Assembly (NCBI GenBank): GCA_045656765.1
Contig: JAZORU010000017.1
Span: forward strand, 17,489-81,488
Length of the DNA: 64,000 nt
Direction: 5' to 3'
From: Eubacteriales bacterium
GTDB lineage: Bacteria; Bacillota; Clostridia; Oscillospirales; CAG-272
Shown: one piece after another, positions 29,739 through 38,614 of the stretch
Position numbering within the stretch: position 1 is the stretch's first letter
Layout: every line of letters starts with the position of its first letter
Notes under the pieces: generated by a model
The model's database searches: none
What the model was told of the DNA's origin: nothing
What the model saw: only the letters and a program-made list of their open reading frames with translations
Position numbers and translations under genes: made by a program

Positions 29739-30968
29739 ATGTCACAGTTACTTACACAGATCGAAGGTATTTTGAAGGATAAATACCAGCCGGCAATAGC
29801 CAACCAGATAAACATCGAGCCTTCACCTTTCCTTGAAAAGATAAAGAAGGTTCCGCTTACCAACAACACAATCAAGTTCGCTGCTCCCTTCGGTATAAAC
29901 GGAGGCTTCGGCTTTGGTGCCGAGGGAAGCGCTACCCCCCGCTCAGGCGCTCAGAAGTACGTATCATTCTCTCTTGATGCGATTGATATGTACGTTGACG
30001 TAAAGATTTCAAACAAGACGGTTGAGCTTGCTTCCTCAAACGCATCGGCTATGATAAACGCTCTTGATACCGAAATTAAGGGAAGCTACGCATCTGCGAA
30101 GTGGAATCTCGGAAGAGCACTCTTCGGCGACGGCTCGGGCAAGCTTGCAAAGGTTACAAGCCTTCCTATGAAGGACGAAACGGCAAATTGCATTTATGTT
30201 GACGATACAAGCAAGCTCATTGAAGGTCTTATCGTTGACGTATATACCTACCGTACAGCAGACGGCATGACGCCCGTACTTGAGGAATGCAACAAGGGAC
30301 TTAGAATAATTTACGTTGACCACGATGGAAAGACCGTTTGCTTTGATAAAGCAGATTTCGACTGGAGTCAAAAGAATGCCGACGGTGTTTCATACGGATT
30401 TTTGACCGTTCAGAACAGCTACAACAGAGAGCTTTGCGGTCTCGGAGCTATTTTTGACAATACCGTTGACGAGCTTTACGGACTTAAGAAGAGCAAAAAC
30501 GAATGGATAAAGCCTATCGTTTACACTTGTGATAACAACGTTACCGATATTGATATCTATGCAGGCGTTAAAAAGGCTAAGGACTACAAGGGTGCAGATA
30601 TAGACCTTATTATGATGGGAGACGATGCGTTTAAGACCTATCAGGAATATATGCGTGCAAACAATATCGTAGTAACCGAAAAGCACAGATTCGTAGGTGG
30701 GGCGGTCGGCTACAAGGTGCTTGCCGGCAGCCAGGAGGTAATTATAGTAAACGAGCGTTTCGTTCCCAAAAACGAGGCGTGGGGTGTTGACACCAAGACC
30801 TTTATGCTTCAGTGTACACCTTGGAACTTTATGTCAAAGGACGGAGGAATTTTCGTTCCTATGGCTGATACCTCTATTTACAGAGCATTGCTTGCTTCTT
30901 ACGGTAACCTTATTTGCACTAATCCCGGCGGTTGCGTGAGATTTATAGCTTGCGCTTCTAATTCTTAA
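29739..30968 (+). CDS. Major capsid protein (HK97-like fold inferred)
   Basis: 409 aa, strong RBS; AEGSATP, RALFGDGSG, GLGAI, YGNLICTNPG; followed by a hairpin. Confidence 0.82.
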   Translation: MSQLLTQIEGILKDKYQPAIANQINIEPSPFLEKIKKVPLTNNTIKFAAPFGINGGFGFGAEGSATPRSGAQKYVSFSLDAIDMYVDVKISNKTVELASSNASAMINALDTEIKGSYASAKWNLGRALFGDGSGKLAKVTSLPMKDETANCIYVDDTSKLIEGLIVDVYTYRTADGMTPVLEECNKGLRIIYVDHDGKTVCFDKADFDWSQKNADGVSYGFLTVQNSYNRELCGLGAIFDNTVDELYGLKKSKNEWIKPIVYTCDNNVTDIDIYAGVKKAKDYKGADIDLIMMGDDAFKTYQEYMRANNIVVTEKHRFVGGAVGYKVLAGSQEVIIVNERFVPKNEAWGVDTKTFMLQCTPWNFMSKDGGIFVPMADTSIYRALLASYGNLICTNPGGCVRFIACASNS

Positions 30969-30983
30969 TTTAGTTGTTTGATA

Positions 30984-31007
30984 TGCGTCGGGGAAATCCC
31001 CGACGCA
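30984..31007 (+). terminator. GC-rich hairpin after the capsid gene (attenuator or mRNA stabiliser)
   Basis: TGCGTCGGGG-aaat-CCCCGACGCA with only a weak U tract. Confidence 0.65.
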
Positions 31008-31030
31008 CTTCAAAAGAAAGGAGTGAGTGT

Positions 31031-31366
31031 ATGGACACAAAAAAGCTGTATAACGACGTTTACGCAAACACAAAGATAGGAGAAGCGCCTTTCAGACGCG
31101 CTTTCAACGGAGCGGTCAGATATATAGCCTCACGATACGGATTAAACTACGTGACCGACGATGCAGAGTCGCTTTATATAAAAAATACAGGGGATGAAAG
31201 CTCGCTCTACGACGTTTACTTTGCTGCAGTGAAGGAATATATAGAAAGGACGGGTGAGCCTGCCACGGAAAAATTCGGCAGCTTTACCTCGCTCGTTGAT
31301 ATAGCGTTCCGTACCGTATGGAAGGAAAAAAATAAGGGCAGAAGGATAAGGGGGTGCAGTTTTTGA
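31031..31366 (+). CDS. Hypothetical virion (head-completion) protein
   Basis: AAGGAG RBS, ATG 31031; position after the capsid gene. Confidence 0.55.
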   Translation: MDTKKLYNDVYANTKIGEAPFRRAFNGAVRYIASRYGLNYVTDDAESLYIKNTGDESSLYDVYFAAVKEYIERTGEPATEKFGSFTSLVDIAFRTVWKEKNKGRRIRGCSF

Positions 31367-31965
31367 TACTGAGATCAAACGTAAAATCAAGCGAGCTTAT
31401 AAATAAAATAAAGGATACGCTCGAGGTTTTCACACCCCCGGGCGACAACGTTATATACGATATTCTCAACCGTTTTATAGAAGGTCTTTACTCGGGTGTC
31501 ATAAACGATATCCGAGAGGCAACGCTCGAAAAAAATGAAGATGGTGTCTACAGCCTCTCATATTACGAGAACGGAGAAACGGCAGACGTGCGGGTATGCG
31601 ACGTAGTAAAGGTCGTGTGCGGAGAGCACGAGTACGAGAGAGTAGGCGAAGAGTATCCCGCGCGGCTTTGCAGTGAGGACGAGCATTTTTATAAAATGAC
31701 GGATGACGGGGTGCTAAGCCTTTATTCAACTAAGCCCGAGGATGAGAGAATACTTGTATATTTCAGAGCAGTTCCCCCGCTTCATACGGCAGACGACGAT
31801 AGAGAAATAGAGCTACCAAGTGAGTTTATGGATCTTGCAGAGGCCAAGCTCTATTCTGAGATCTACCGCGTGCTTGGCGAGGATGCGCTGTGTGCCAACT
31901 GGACAGAGCAATACAATATGCTGATGACTCGTTTCGGGGTATGGCTGGAGGTGCATGGGCTTTGA
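31363..31965 (+). CDS. Putative head-tail adaptor protein
   Basis: TTG overlapping the upstream TGA; VYFRAVPP...IELPSEFMDL...YN pattern typical of adaptors. Confidence 0.55.
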   Translation: MILRSNVKSSELINKIKDTLEVFTPPGDNVIYDILNRFIEGLYSGVINDIREATLEKNEDGVYSLSYYENGETADVRVCDVVKVVCGEHEYERVGEEYPARLCSEDEHFYKMTDDGVLSLYSTKPEDERILVYFRAVPPLHTADDDREIELPSEFMDLAEAKLYSEIYRVLGEDALCANWTEQYNMLMTRFGVWLEVHGL

Positions 31966-33368
31966 GAGGGCAAAGCATAAAGACACAGCACTCAAGCGTG
32001 CCAAGCAAAAGAAAAGAATACGTATATTACAGACACGGGCTTGGCACTTTGAGAAAGGACAAGGAATACGATACCGACGGAATGTGTGAAATCAGCCAGA
32101 TTGATACAAGTGATTATCCGTTTGTTAAATCAGCAGGCACGGCTAAGTATTTGTGGTTGAAATATACCGGTAAGGTGCTTGATCTTATAATGTGCGACGG
32201 AATCATCTATGCGGCTGTACATAGCGAGGACGCTATATATATGTACGTGTGTGACCCCCAGAAAGTCACCATTGTGCAAACGTATATATGCAATACAAAA
32301 GACAACGATCCGTCGCATTATGCACTTGTCAGATATAACGAATTTCCTTCTAATATGAATCCGTTCGTAGGTGGATATCTAAAAAAAATTCTTTTGCTTC
32401 CGCTTTTTTTTTCTTACGACATACAAGACAACAAAGCGGAAAAATTACCAAGCAATGCTGCCCCTATCTCTACGATGGGTACGATGTTTGTGTCAAGATT
32501 GTTTTCGGCGTGCAAAGGCAATATCTTTGCATCGGAATTCAATAAAGTAAATTCATACAGCTTTGATACCGCCGATAACTCAAGCTCGGCAAATGCCTGG
32601 ATGAGTACCACGCAGTCAAACGTTAAGGCGGACGGAGATATCACGGCACTTGCCGTTTACGACGGGCACGTCGTGCTCTTTAAGCGGGATTATATGATGC
32701 AGGTATATAATAACGAAAACCCTTTCAGGCTTGTTGAGATCGGATCTTACGGATGTATATCAAAGAAAGCGGTCTGTGAGTTTGACGGAAAGCTTGCTTT
32801 CATAAGTCCTCAAGGACTTATGCTCTATTCGGGAGGCTACCCGTATTTTATAGGAGAGGAGCTTAACGTAAAGGATTGGAGTGGGTCAATGCTTTGCGCG
32901 GGAGGTAAATATCTGTACGTTTACGTAGCTTCCGAAAAATGCGTTTACGTTTATGACGCTGAGCACAACACGTGGGGGCACAGAGACTCAAAACCCTTGA
33001 GCTTTATGTGCGCTGACCATAACGGAGCATATTACGTGCGTAATAACGATATTATCCGATTTGGCGGAAACGCACCTAAGGAGTTCAGCCTTACCACAGA
33101 CAGAAACTCTCTTGGCTATAACGGAAGAAAACGTATAAGCTCTATCGGTTTTACTGCCATTCTCGGAGATGGAGCAGAGCTTTACGTAGATCTTATAGAC
33201 GACGCGGGAACCGTTTATGAGACGGTAAGCGTAATTGGTGCAGGAGAGCATATGGTATCAGAAAAAATAAAAGGAGTGAGCTTGACCTACGCTCAGCTTA
33301 CCTTCAGAGGTAAGGGAGAGGTAAAGATAGGCGAGTATCGGATAAAATTCAGAAAGGAGGACGAATAA
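31962..33368 (+). CDS. Putative tail nozzle / packaged-DNA stabilisation protein (beta-propeller)
   Basis: GDITALAVYDGHVVLFK, YGCISKKAVCEFDGKLAFIS..GLMLYSGG, VYVYDAEHNTW. Confidence 0.65.
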   Translation: MRGQSIKTQHSSVPSKRKEYVYYRHGLGTLRKDKEYDTDGMCEISQIDTSDYPFVKSAGTAKYLWLKYTGKVLDLIMCDGIIYAAVHSEDAIYMYVCDPQKVTIVQTYICNTKDNDPSHYALVRYNEFPSNMNPFVGGYLKKILLLPLFFSYDIQDNKAEKLPSNAAPISTMGTMFVSRLFSACKGNIFASEFNKVNSYSFDTADNSSSANAWMSTTQSNVKADGDITALAVYDGHVVLFKRDYMMQVYNNENPFRLVEIGSYGCISKKAVCEFDGKLAFISPQGLMLYSGGYPYFIGEELNVKDWSGSMLCAGGKYLYVYVASEKCVYVYDAEHNTWGHRDSKPLSFMCADHNGAYYVRNNDIIRFGGNAPKEFSLTTDRNSLGYNGRKRISSIGFTAILGDGAELYVDLIDDAGTVYETVSVIGAGEHMVSEKIKGVSLTYAQLTFRGKGEVKIGEYRIKFRKEDE

Positions 33369-33369
33369 T

Positions 33370-34098
33370 ATGACTTTTGAAGAGATGGAAAGCGAAATAA
33401 TCAGGCTTAAGGGGATGCTTGACGAGCGTATATCCGAGGACGTAAAATACCGACGTATGATCGAAGACCTTGTGAACAACCTTACGTTCGACAATATGCC
33501 CGCCATAAAGAAAACCCTTAAGGGAAGCATTGAGAAAATATCGCGGATATCCGGCGATATAGACGGCATTTATCAGGGGATAAGCTCAGTAGAGCAAAGA
33601 GTAAACGAGCAGGGTGCCGAGCTTTCTCTTGTAGTATCCGAAACCGAGGGAGAGAAAACGATAAATACCGCAAGCATAATTGCGGCGATAAACGATTCTG
33701 CTTCAAACATAAAGCTGTCTGCTGACAAAATAGAGTTTGAAGGTGCTGATATCAGCATAGATACGAGAATGCTGAAGGTTAACGCAGAGGGGCGAGTTGA
33801 GTTCTCTTCCTCCGTTATTGCAGACAATTATTACGGTATGAGCGGATATTTTAACAGCAGGGTCGATCTTGGAAGCGCAAACGGAAGCACCGGATATGCG
33901 TATATGCACTCAAACGAGTGCGACGGAATCGAAATTCACGGTGCAGGCGGTGTCATTTTGAGCACTGAAGCTGACAATAAGGGTGTTTCGGGTGACGTCG
34001 ACGTATTTGCTGACAGTATTCGCCTCAACGGTAACAGAGTGCTTACCGATTCGGATGCCGATATAGCATATCTGCGTATGGTGCTTGGCAATTATTAA
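33370..34098 (+). CDS. Short tail fibre/needle-like protein
   Basis: N-terminal coiled coil, SIIAAINDSASNIKLSADKIEFEG, beta-rich C-terminus. Confidence 0.55.
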   Translation: MTFEEMESEIIRLKGMLDERISEDVKYRRMIEDLVNNLTFDNMPAIKKTLKGSIEKISRISGDIDGIYQGISSVEQRVNEQGAELSLVVSETEGEKTINTASIIAAINDSASNIKLSADKIEFEGADISIDTRMLKVNAEGRVEFSSSVIADNYYGMSGYFNSRVDLGSANGSTGYAYMHSNECDGIEIHGAGGVILSTEADNKGVSGDVDVFADSIRLNGNRVLTDSDADIAYLRMVLGNY

Positions 34099-34111
34099 AA
34101 GGAGAATTAAG

Positions 34112-35041
34112 ATGATAACAGTAAAAGACGTAGCGGTTGCGGTTTCCGAGATAGTATTTTCAAACGAAGGAAGCTATGCAAGCGTAAACAAAGACGACAA
34201 CGGAGCGCTGTCAATAGGCAAGCTTCAATGGCATGGCGAGAGGGGCAGGGAGCTGCTCTATAAAATATGCGATGGAGACACGGAGCTTCAAAATATGCTC
34301 GGCGGGCTTTGGAGCGAGGTTTTGACGTCAGGCTCGTTTAAAGCTCGCACGCTTGATAAAGATGAAGCACAAGCGGTAAAAAGCGTTCTTTCAAGTGAAA
34401 GATCAAAGCAGATACAGGATGCTCTCGCAATAGAGGATATCTGCCTTGATATTCAAAGAGGCGTTGGTTACGGACTTTCTGACTGCGGAGCTCTTATGTA
34501 TTTTGCCGACGGAGCTAACCAGTACGGAAGGTACTCTAAGCTATGGAAGGATGCGTGCGAGATCGCGCTGTCTCGCGGCGGCACTCTTGAAGAGCTTCAC
34601 AATGCGATACTTTCTCTGACCGATGCAAAAAGAGAAAGAAGAGTCAGAACATACGAAAAAATAAAGAAAACGGAGATGGCAGGGTGCTGTCTCGGAGAGG
34701 AGAAGGAAATGAACGTAACGTACAAAACGGAGACGGTCACGCATAAGGTAGTGCGCGGAGATACACTTTCGAAAATAGCTAAAAAGTACGGAAGCGATAT
34801 CGACTCAATACTTGAAGCAAACCGTGAAAAATACAAAGCAATTACCCGTAATTATATCGTTGCCGGCTGGATTCTTGCCATACCTGTAAAAAAAGAGGTA
34901 AGCGAGTATGAGCTTGCTCTTGAAGCGTTAAAAAAAGCGGGTGTTCTCGGCGGCGTTATTATCGAGGAGAGTATCGGTGAGCCTACGGTAATTGTGCTTT
35001 ACAGAGTGCTCTGTCTTCTCGGATGGGAGTCGGGGAAATGA
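34112..35041 (+). CDS. Lysozyme-like peptidoglycan hydrolase with a LysM domain (endolysin or virion lysin)
   Basis: NEGSYASVN.DDNGALSIGKLQW; LysM HKVVRGDTLSKIAKKYG...IVAGWILAIP. Confidence 0.75.
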   Translation: MITVKDVAVAVSEIVFSNEGSYASVNKDDNGALSIGKLQWHGERGRELLYKICDGDTELQNMLGGLWSEVLTSGSFKARTLDKDEAQAVKSVLSSERSKQIQDALAIEDICLDIQRGVGYGLSDCGALMYFADGANQYGRYSKLWKDACEIALSRGGTLEELHNAILSLTDAKRERRVRTYEKIKKTEMAGCCLGEEKEMNVTYKTETVTHKVVRGDTLSKIAKKYGSDIDSILEANREKYKAITRNYIVAGWILAIPVKKEVSEYELALEALKKAGVLGGVIIEESIGEPTVIVLYRVLCLLGWESGK

Positions 35042-35319
35042 ACGATGCGGCAATAGGCATAATATGCACGGTGCTCGGCGCTCTTTTCGGCTTTTCCTCA
35101 TACCGAAGATACGTAAAGCGCGACGGAGCAGAGCAGGGGCGCGAGCGCTCGGACATTGAGTATATAAAGCGCCGTACTGACGATATTCTGCTCGAGCAAA
35201 AAAACACGAATATGACTCTTTCCTCTCACGCTGAGAGAATAACTCGGGTAGAGGAAAGCGTTAAGCAAGCCCACAAGCGAATAGACGGCATGTCGGGCTC
35301 AACACACGATTTTCAGTAA
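35038..35319 (+). CDS. XhlA-like single-TM coiled-coil lysis-associated protein
   Basis: N-terminal TM; DIEYIKRRTDDI...ERITRVEESVKQAHKRID. Confidence 0.65.
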   Translation: MNDAAIGIICTVLGALFGFSSYRRYVKRDGAEQGRERSDIEYIKRRTDDILLEQKNTNMTLSSHAERITRVEESVKQAHKRIDGMSGSTHDFQ

Positions 35320-35331
35320 AGGAGAGAAAAT

Positions 35332-35658
35332 ATGCAAATAACAACTTTAATTTCTATTATCGCTGCGGTAGTCTGTATATCACTTTTTCTATGGGTATAC
35401 AGAGGAGGACTTAAGCGTTACGCAAAGCAGCTGCTTATGTGCCTTGTTGAGAGAGCGGAGCAGACCTTCGGCGCGGGAACGGGAAGACTTAAATATTCGG
35501 CGGTTGCATCAAAGCTGTACGAGATAATGCCCCCTGTTTTTAAATTTATCTTTTCCGAGAAGGCTATAGCGTATATGATAGAAGAGGCTGTGTCCGAAAT
35601 GAAGGAATGCCTTGGTATTGGGGATTCGGACAAGTGCGGTGAGGAGTGCTCGGTATGA
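35332..35658 (+). CDS. Holin (LL-H-like)
   Basis: N-terminal TM then LVERAEQTFGAGTGRLKYSAV...IEEAV. Confidence 0.65.
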   Translation: MQITTLISIIAAVVCISLFLWVYRGGLKRYAKQLLMCLVERAEQTFGAGTGRLKYSAVASKLYEIMPPVFKFIFSEKAIAYMIEEAVSEMKECLGIGDSDKCGEECSV

Positions 35659-36452
35659 AAAAGGATCCTTTAAGAGACTATATAGCCAAGCAGGCGATAG
35701 ACGCAGTAAACAAGCTTGTAGCAAAAAAGGATGACGAAACGTCAACGAACAATCAGACGAATAACACCTCGAACAAGGGCACTTCAAGCTCAAAGACCTC
35801 ATCTTCGGAAAAGATAAACCAGAGATACGAAAACACGCTTGCATCTGCAAGCTCCGGACAGCTTGACGTACAGAAAAAGATCGATTCGTTTTTAGGCGAT
35901 CTCACAGGCAAATACGACGCTTTTCTTGATAAGCTGACAGAGGCAAGCTACAAAGACACGGATTATTATGGAAGTATCGTTTCCGAGTACGAGGAGCTCG
36001 GTAAAAGAATGGCGTATGACGCATCTGCTTCGGCTGCTGCCTCAAACGGCGGTAATTTTGACACTCTCGGCGCTGCAAACGCTCACCGCCAGATGCTTTC
36101 CTATAAAAAAGCAGGAGAACAAGCGGCAAGAGACGCTTACAGCGAAGAGATAGACAGATATGCAAAGGGGCTTTTGAACTATGCGTCCGATATCTCGGAT
36201 GCGTATAAGCTTCTCTCGGACTCTGCGGGTAAAGCAGATGACTACAATATCTCGATGCTCGATGCCCTTGAAGGTTACAGAAGACTTCAGGACGAAAAGG
36301 AAGCGACCAAGCAAGAGACGATCATTAAGGAGCTTAGGGAAAAGCTTGATAAAGACAATAAATCAAGCCGCTATTTTACCTATGCTCAAATGCTTGCTAC
36401 GGTATATCCCGAATACAGAGAGGAAATACAAAAATTATTCCTTTCAAAATAA
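35655..36452 (+). CDS. Hypothetical helical protein, possible DNA ejection/pilot protein
   Basis: Ala/Ser-rich helical core ASASAAASNGGNFDTLGAANAHRQ; last gene of the operon, ATGA overlap. Confidence 0.5.
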   Translation: MKKDPLRDYIAKQAIDAVNKLVAKKDDETSTNNQTNNTSNKGTSSSKTSSSEKINQRYENTLASASSGQLDVQKKIDSFLGDLTGKYDAFLDKLTEASYKDTDYYGSIVSEYEELGKRMAYDASASAAASNGGNFDTLGAANAHRQMLSYKKAGEQAARDAYSEEIDRYAKGLLNYASDISDAYKLLSDSAGKADDYNISMLDALEGYRRLQDEKEATKQETIIKELREKLDKDNKSSRYFTYAQMLATVYPEYREEIQKLFLSK

Positions 36453-36500
36453 AGCGGCAGTCGGTTAGAGCCGTTTTGGGTGAAGTGACACGCGGTAAAT

Positions 36501-36545
36501 AAAAAAACGGACGGTTGCGCAAGAAAAGCAACTGTCCGTTTTTTT
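36501..36545 (+). terminator. Intrinsic terminator closing the phage-like operon
   Basis: AAAAAAACGGACGGTTGC...GCAACTGTCCGTTTTTTT. Confidence 0.85.
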
Positions 36546-36609
36546 GAACACATCCCTTGATATAATGTTGGCGTAAAGAAGAGAACAACCGTTGTTTTGG
36601 GAGGTATAT

Positions 36610-37506
36610 ATGGTAAAGCTTGATAAATGCTTGGTGATAGGAGTTTCGTCAAGAGCGCTTTTTGATATGAGCGAGGAAAACAAAATATTTGAGGAAAAGG
36701 GACTGTGTGAGTATTGCGCGCTTATGAGAGAGCGCGAGGATATTCCGCTTTTGCCCGGAAGTGCTTTCGGACTTGTCAAGGCATTGCTTAATCTCAACGC
36801 TCCCGAGCGCCGACGTGTCGAGGTTATAATTATGTCGCGTAACAGTGCGGATACGTCGCTTAGAATTTTCAACTCTCTTGAGCACTACGGACTTGATATA
36901 ACGCGCGCCGTACTGACGAGCGGTGCGCCCCTTGCCCCGTATCTTAAGGCGTTTTCGACCGACCTGTTCCTTTCCGCCGACGAGGAAGACGTGAAAAAGG
37001 CGATATCCTCGAAGGTTGCTGCAGGCATTATTTGTACTGACGGAAGCCGCTACGATGCTGAAACGAAGACAGAATGTATAAAAATTGCTTTTGACGGAGA
37101 TGCGGTGCTTTTTTCGGGAGAGAGTGATGAGATATGGAAGAAAAAAGGTGAAGGGGAGTTTATCAAAAATGAGGTGGAAAACAAAGAAACGCCTCTGCCC
37201 GAAGGACCTTTTGCACCGCTTCTTAAAACTCTTTCCTTTCTGCAAAACGAGTTTGAGGGGGCGCAGATGCCTATTCGCACGGCTCTCGTTACCGCGCGTA
37301 ACGCTCCGGCACACGAGCGGGTTATCAGGACTCTTCGTGCGTGGGACGTTAAAATCGACGAGGCGTTTTTTCTCGGCGGTATGGATAAAAAAGAATTTCT
37401 CGGTGCTTTCGGTGCCCACATATTCTTTGACGACGCACCCGCAAATACCGAGTCGGCAAAAACCGTGGTTGCAACCGCGCGTGTGCCGCTGTGCTCTCTA
37501 AAATAG
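36610..37506 (+). CDS. 5'-nucleotidase (cN-I-like HAD family)
   Basis: GVSSRALFD, IAFDGDAVLFS, LVTARNAPAHER, HIFFDD. Confidence 0.9.
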   Translation: MVKLDKCLVIGVSSRALFDMSEENKIFEEKGLCEYCALMREREDIPLLPGSAFGLVKALLNLNAPERRRVEVIIMSRNSADTSLRIFNSLEHYGLDITRAVLTSGAPLAPYLKAFSTDLFLSADEEDVKKAISSKVAAGIICTDGSRYDAETKTECIKIAFDGDAVLFSGESDEIWKKKGEGEFIKNEVENKETPLPEGPFAPLLKTLSFLQNEFEGAQMPIRTALVTARNAPAHERVIRTLRAWDVKIDEAFFLGGMDKKEFLGAFGAHIFFDDAPANTESAKTVVATARVPLCSLK

Positions 37507-37578
37507 CATTTTATATATTGATTTTAGCTCTTTAACGCAGTATAATATGTATATAACGGTTTTGTTGGGGAGGTAATT

Positions 37579-38466
37579 ATGAAAAAAATCACCCTTATAG
37601 TAAATCCCGTAGCAGGAAAAATGAAGGTAAAGCAGACCTTGTTTGAGATAGTGCAGAAGCTTTGCTATGCAGATTGCTCTGTGTCTGTGCATATTACAAA
37701 AGAACGCGGGGACGCTATGAAAATAGCCGAGTCGCTTACCCGCGATATATGTGACACCGTAGTTTGTGCAGGGGGTGACGGAACGCTGAACGAGGTTATA
37801 TGCGGTATAATCCGCTCGGGCTCGGAGCTGGATATCGGGTATATCCCTTGCGGAAGCACAAACGACTTTGCCCATAGCATGAAGCTGCCTACCTCACCGC
37901 TGCTTGCTTGTGAGCAGATAATAAAAGGAAAGCCTACACCGATAGACGTCGGACTTTTTGACGGAAAACGGAGCTTTTCGTATATTTCGTCCTTCGGTGC
38001 GTTTACCGAGGCATCTTATAATACCCCGCAAAATCTCAAAAATGCGTTTGGTCACTTTGCATACGTTGTAGAGGGAATAAAGAGCCTCGGAAATATAAAG
38101 CCGTATAAGGTAAGCATCAGCGCAAACGGAAAGACCATTGAGGGTGAGTACGTTTTCGGAGCGGTTGCAAATTCTACCTCTATCGCAGGCGTGCTAAAGC
38201 TTCCTGAGGGGCAGGTAGATACCTCTGACGGACTTTTTGAGGTGATTTTAGCAAAGAACCCCCAAAACGCAGCAGAGTTCAACGAGCTTGTAGCCGCTGT
38301 TGTTACGGCTAACTTAAAATCGCGTATGCTGACCAGCTTCAAGACTTCTAAAATCAAGATTCATTCCGAAGTACCGCTTACGTGGACTCTTGACGGTGAA
38401 CGTGAGGACGGCGGTGCTACCGTTATTATTGAAAATCTGCATAATAAGATAAACTTGATAATGTAA
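37579..38466 (+). CDS. Diacylglycerol/lipid kinase (YegS/DagK family)
   Basis: NPVAG, GGDGTLNEV, PCGSTNDFA, LDGE. Confidence 0.92.
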   Translation: MKKITLIVNPVAGKMKVKQTLFEIVQKLCYADCSVSVHITKERGDAMKIAESLTRDICDTVVCAGGDGTLNEVICGIIRSGSELDIGYIPCGSTNDFAHSMKLPTSPLLACEQIIKGKPTPIDVGLFDGKRSFSYISSFGAFTEASYNTPQNLKNAFGHFAYVVEGIKSLGNIKPYKVSISANGKTIEGEYVFGAVANSTSIAGVLKLPEGQVDTSDGLFEVILAKNPQNAAEFNELVAAVVTANLKSRMLTSFKTSKIKIHSEVPLTWTLDGEREDGGATVIIENLHNKINLIM

Positions 38467-38614
38467 TTATGAAAAAACGGCGCTCATACCGAGTGCCGTT
38501 TTTTATATACATACTGTATTGTTTGCCGTTTTATAAAGCGCATTTATCATAAATACACGCGCCGTCGAGGGCGATGAATCTTTCAAAACAGTACATTGAG
38601 TATCAGTTCGCTTT

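Larger units (their letters stand above)
25004..36452 (+). mobile_element. Phage-derived virion assembly and lysis operon without integration or replication genes (GTA-like or domesticated prophage)
   Basis: 15 co-oriented intact ORFs from TerS-like to post-holin; no integrase, repressor, replication or tape-measure gene; terminators at both ends. Confidence 0.8.

Noticed and set aside
24840-36600. Conventional inducible prophage, tailocin or encapsulin
   Set aside because: No integrase, repressor, replication genes or visible att sites; head and terminase but no contractile or long tail (not a tailocin); portal and terminase present (not an encapsulin). A cleanly deleted prophage remnant cannot be fully excluded.
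36649-37419. 256-aa minus-strand ORF
   Set aside because: Antisense shadow of the 5'-nucleotidase
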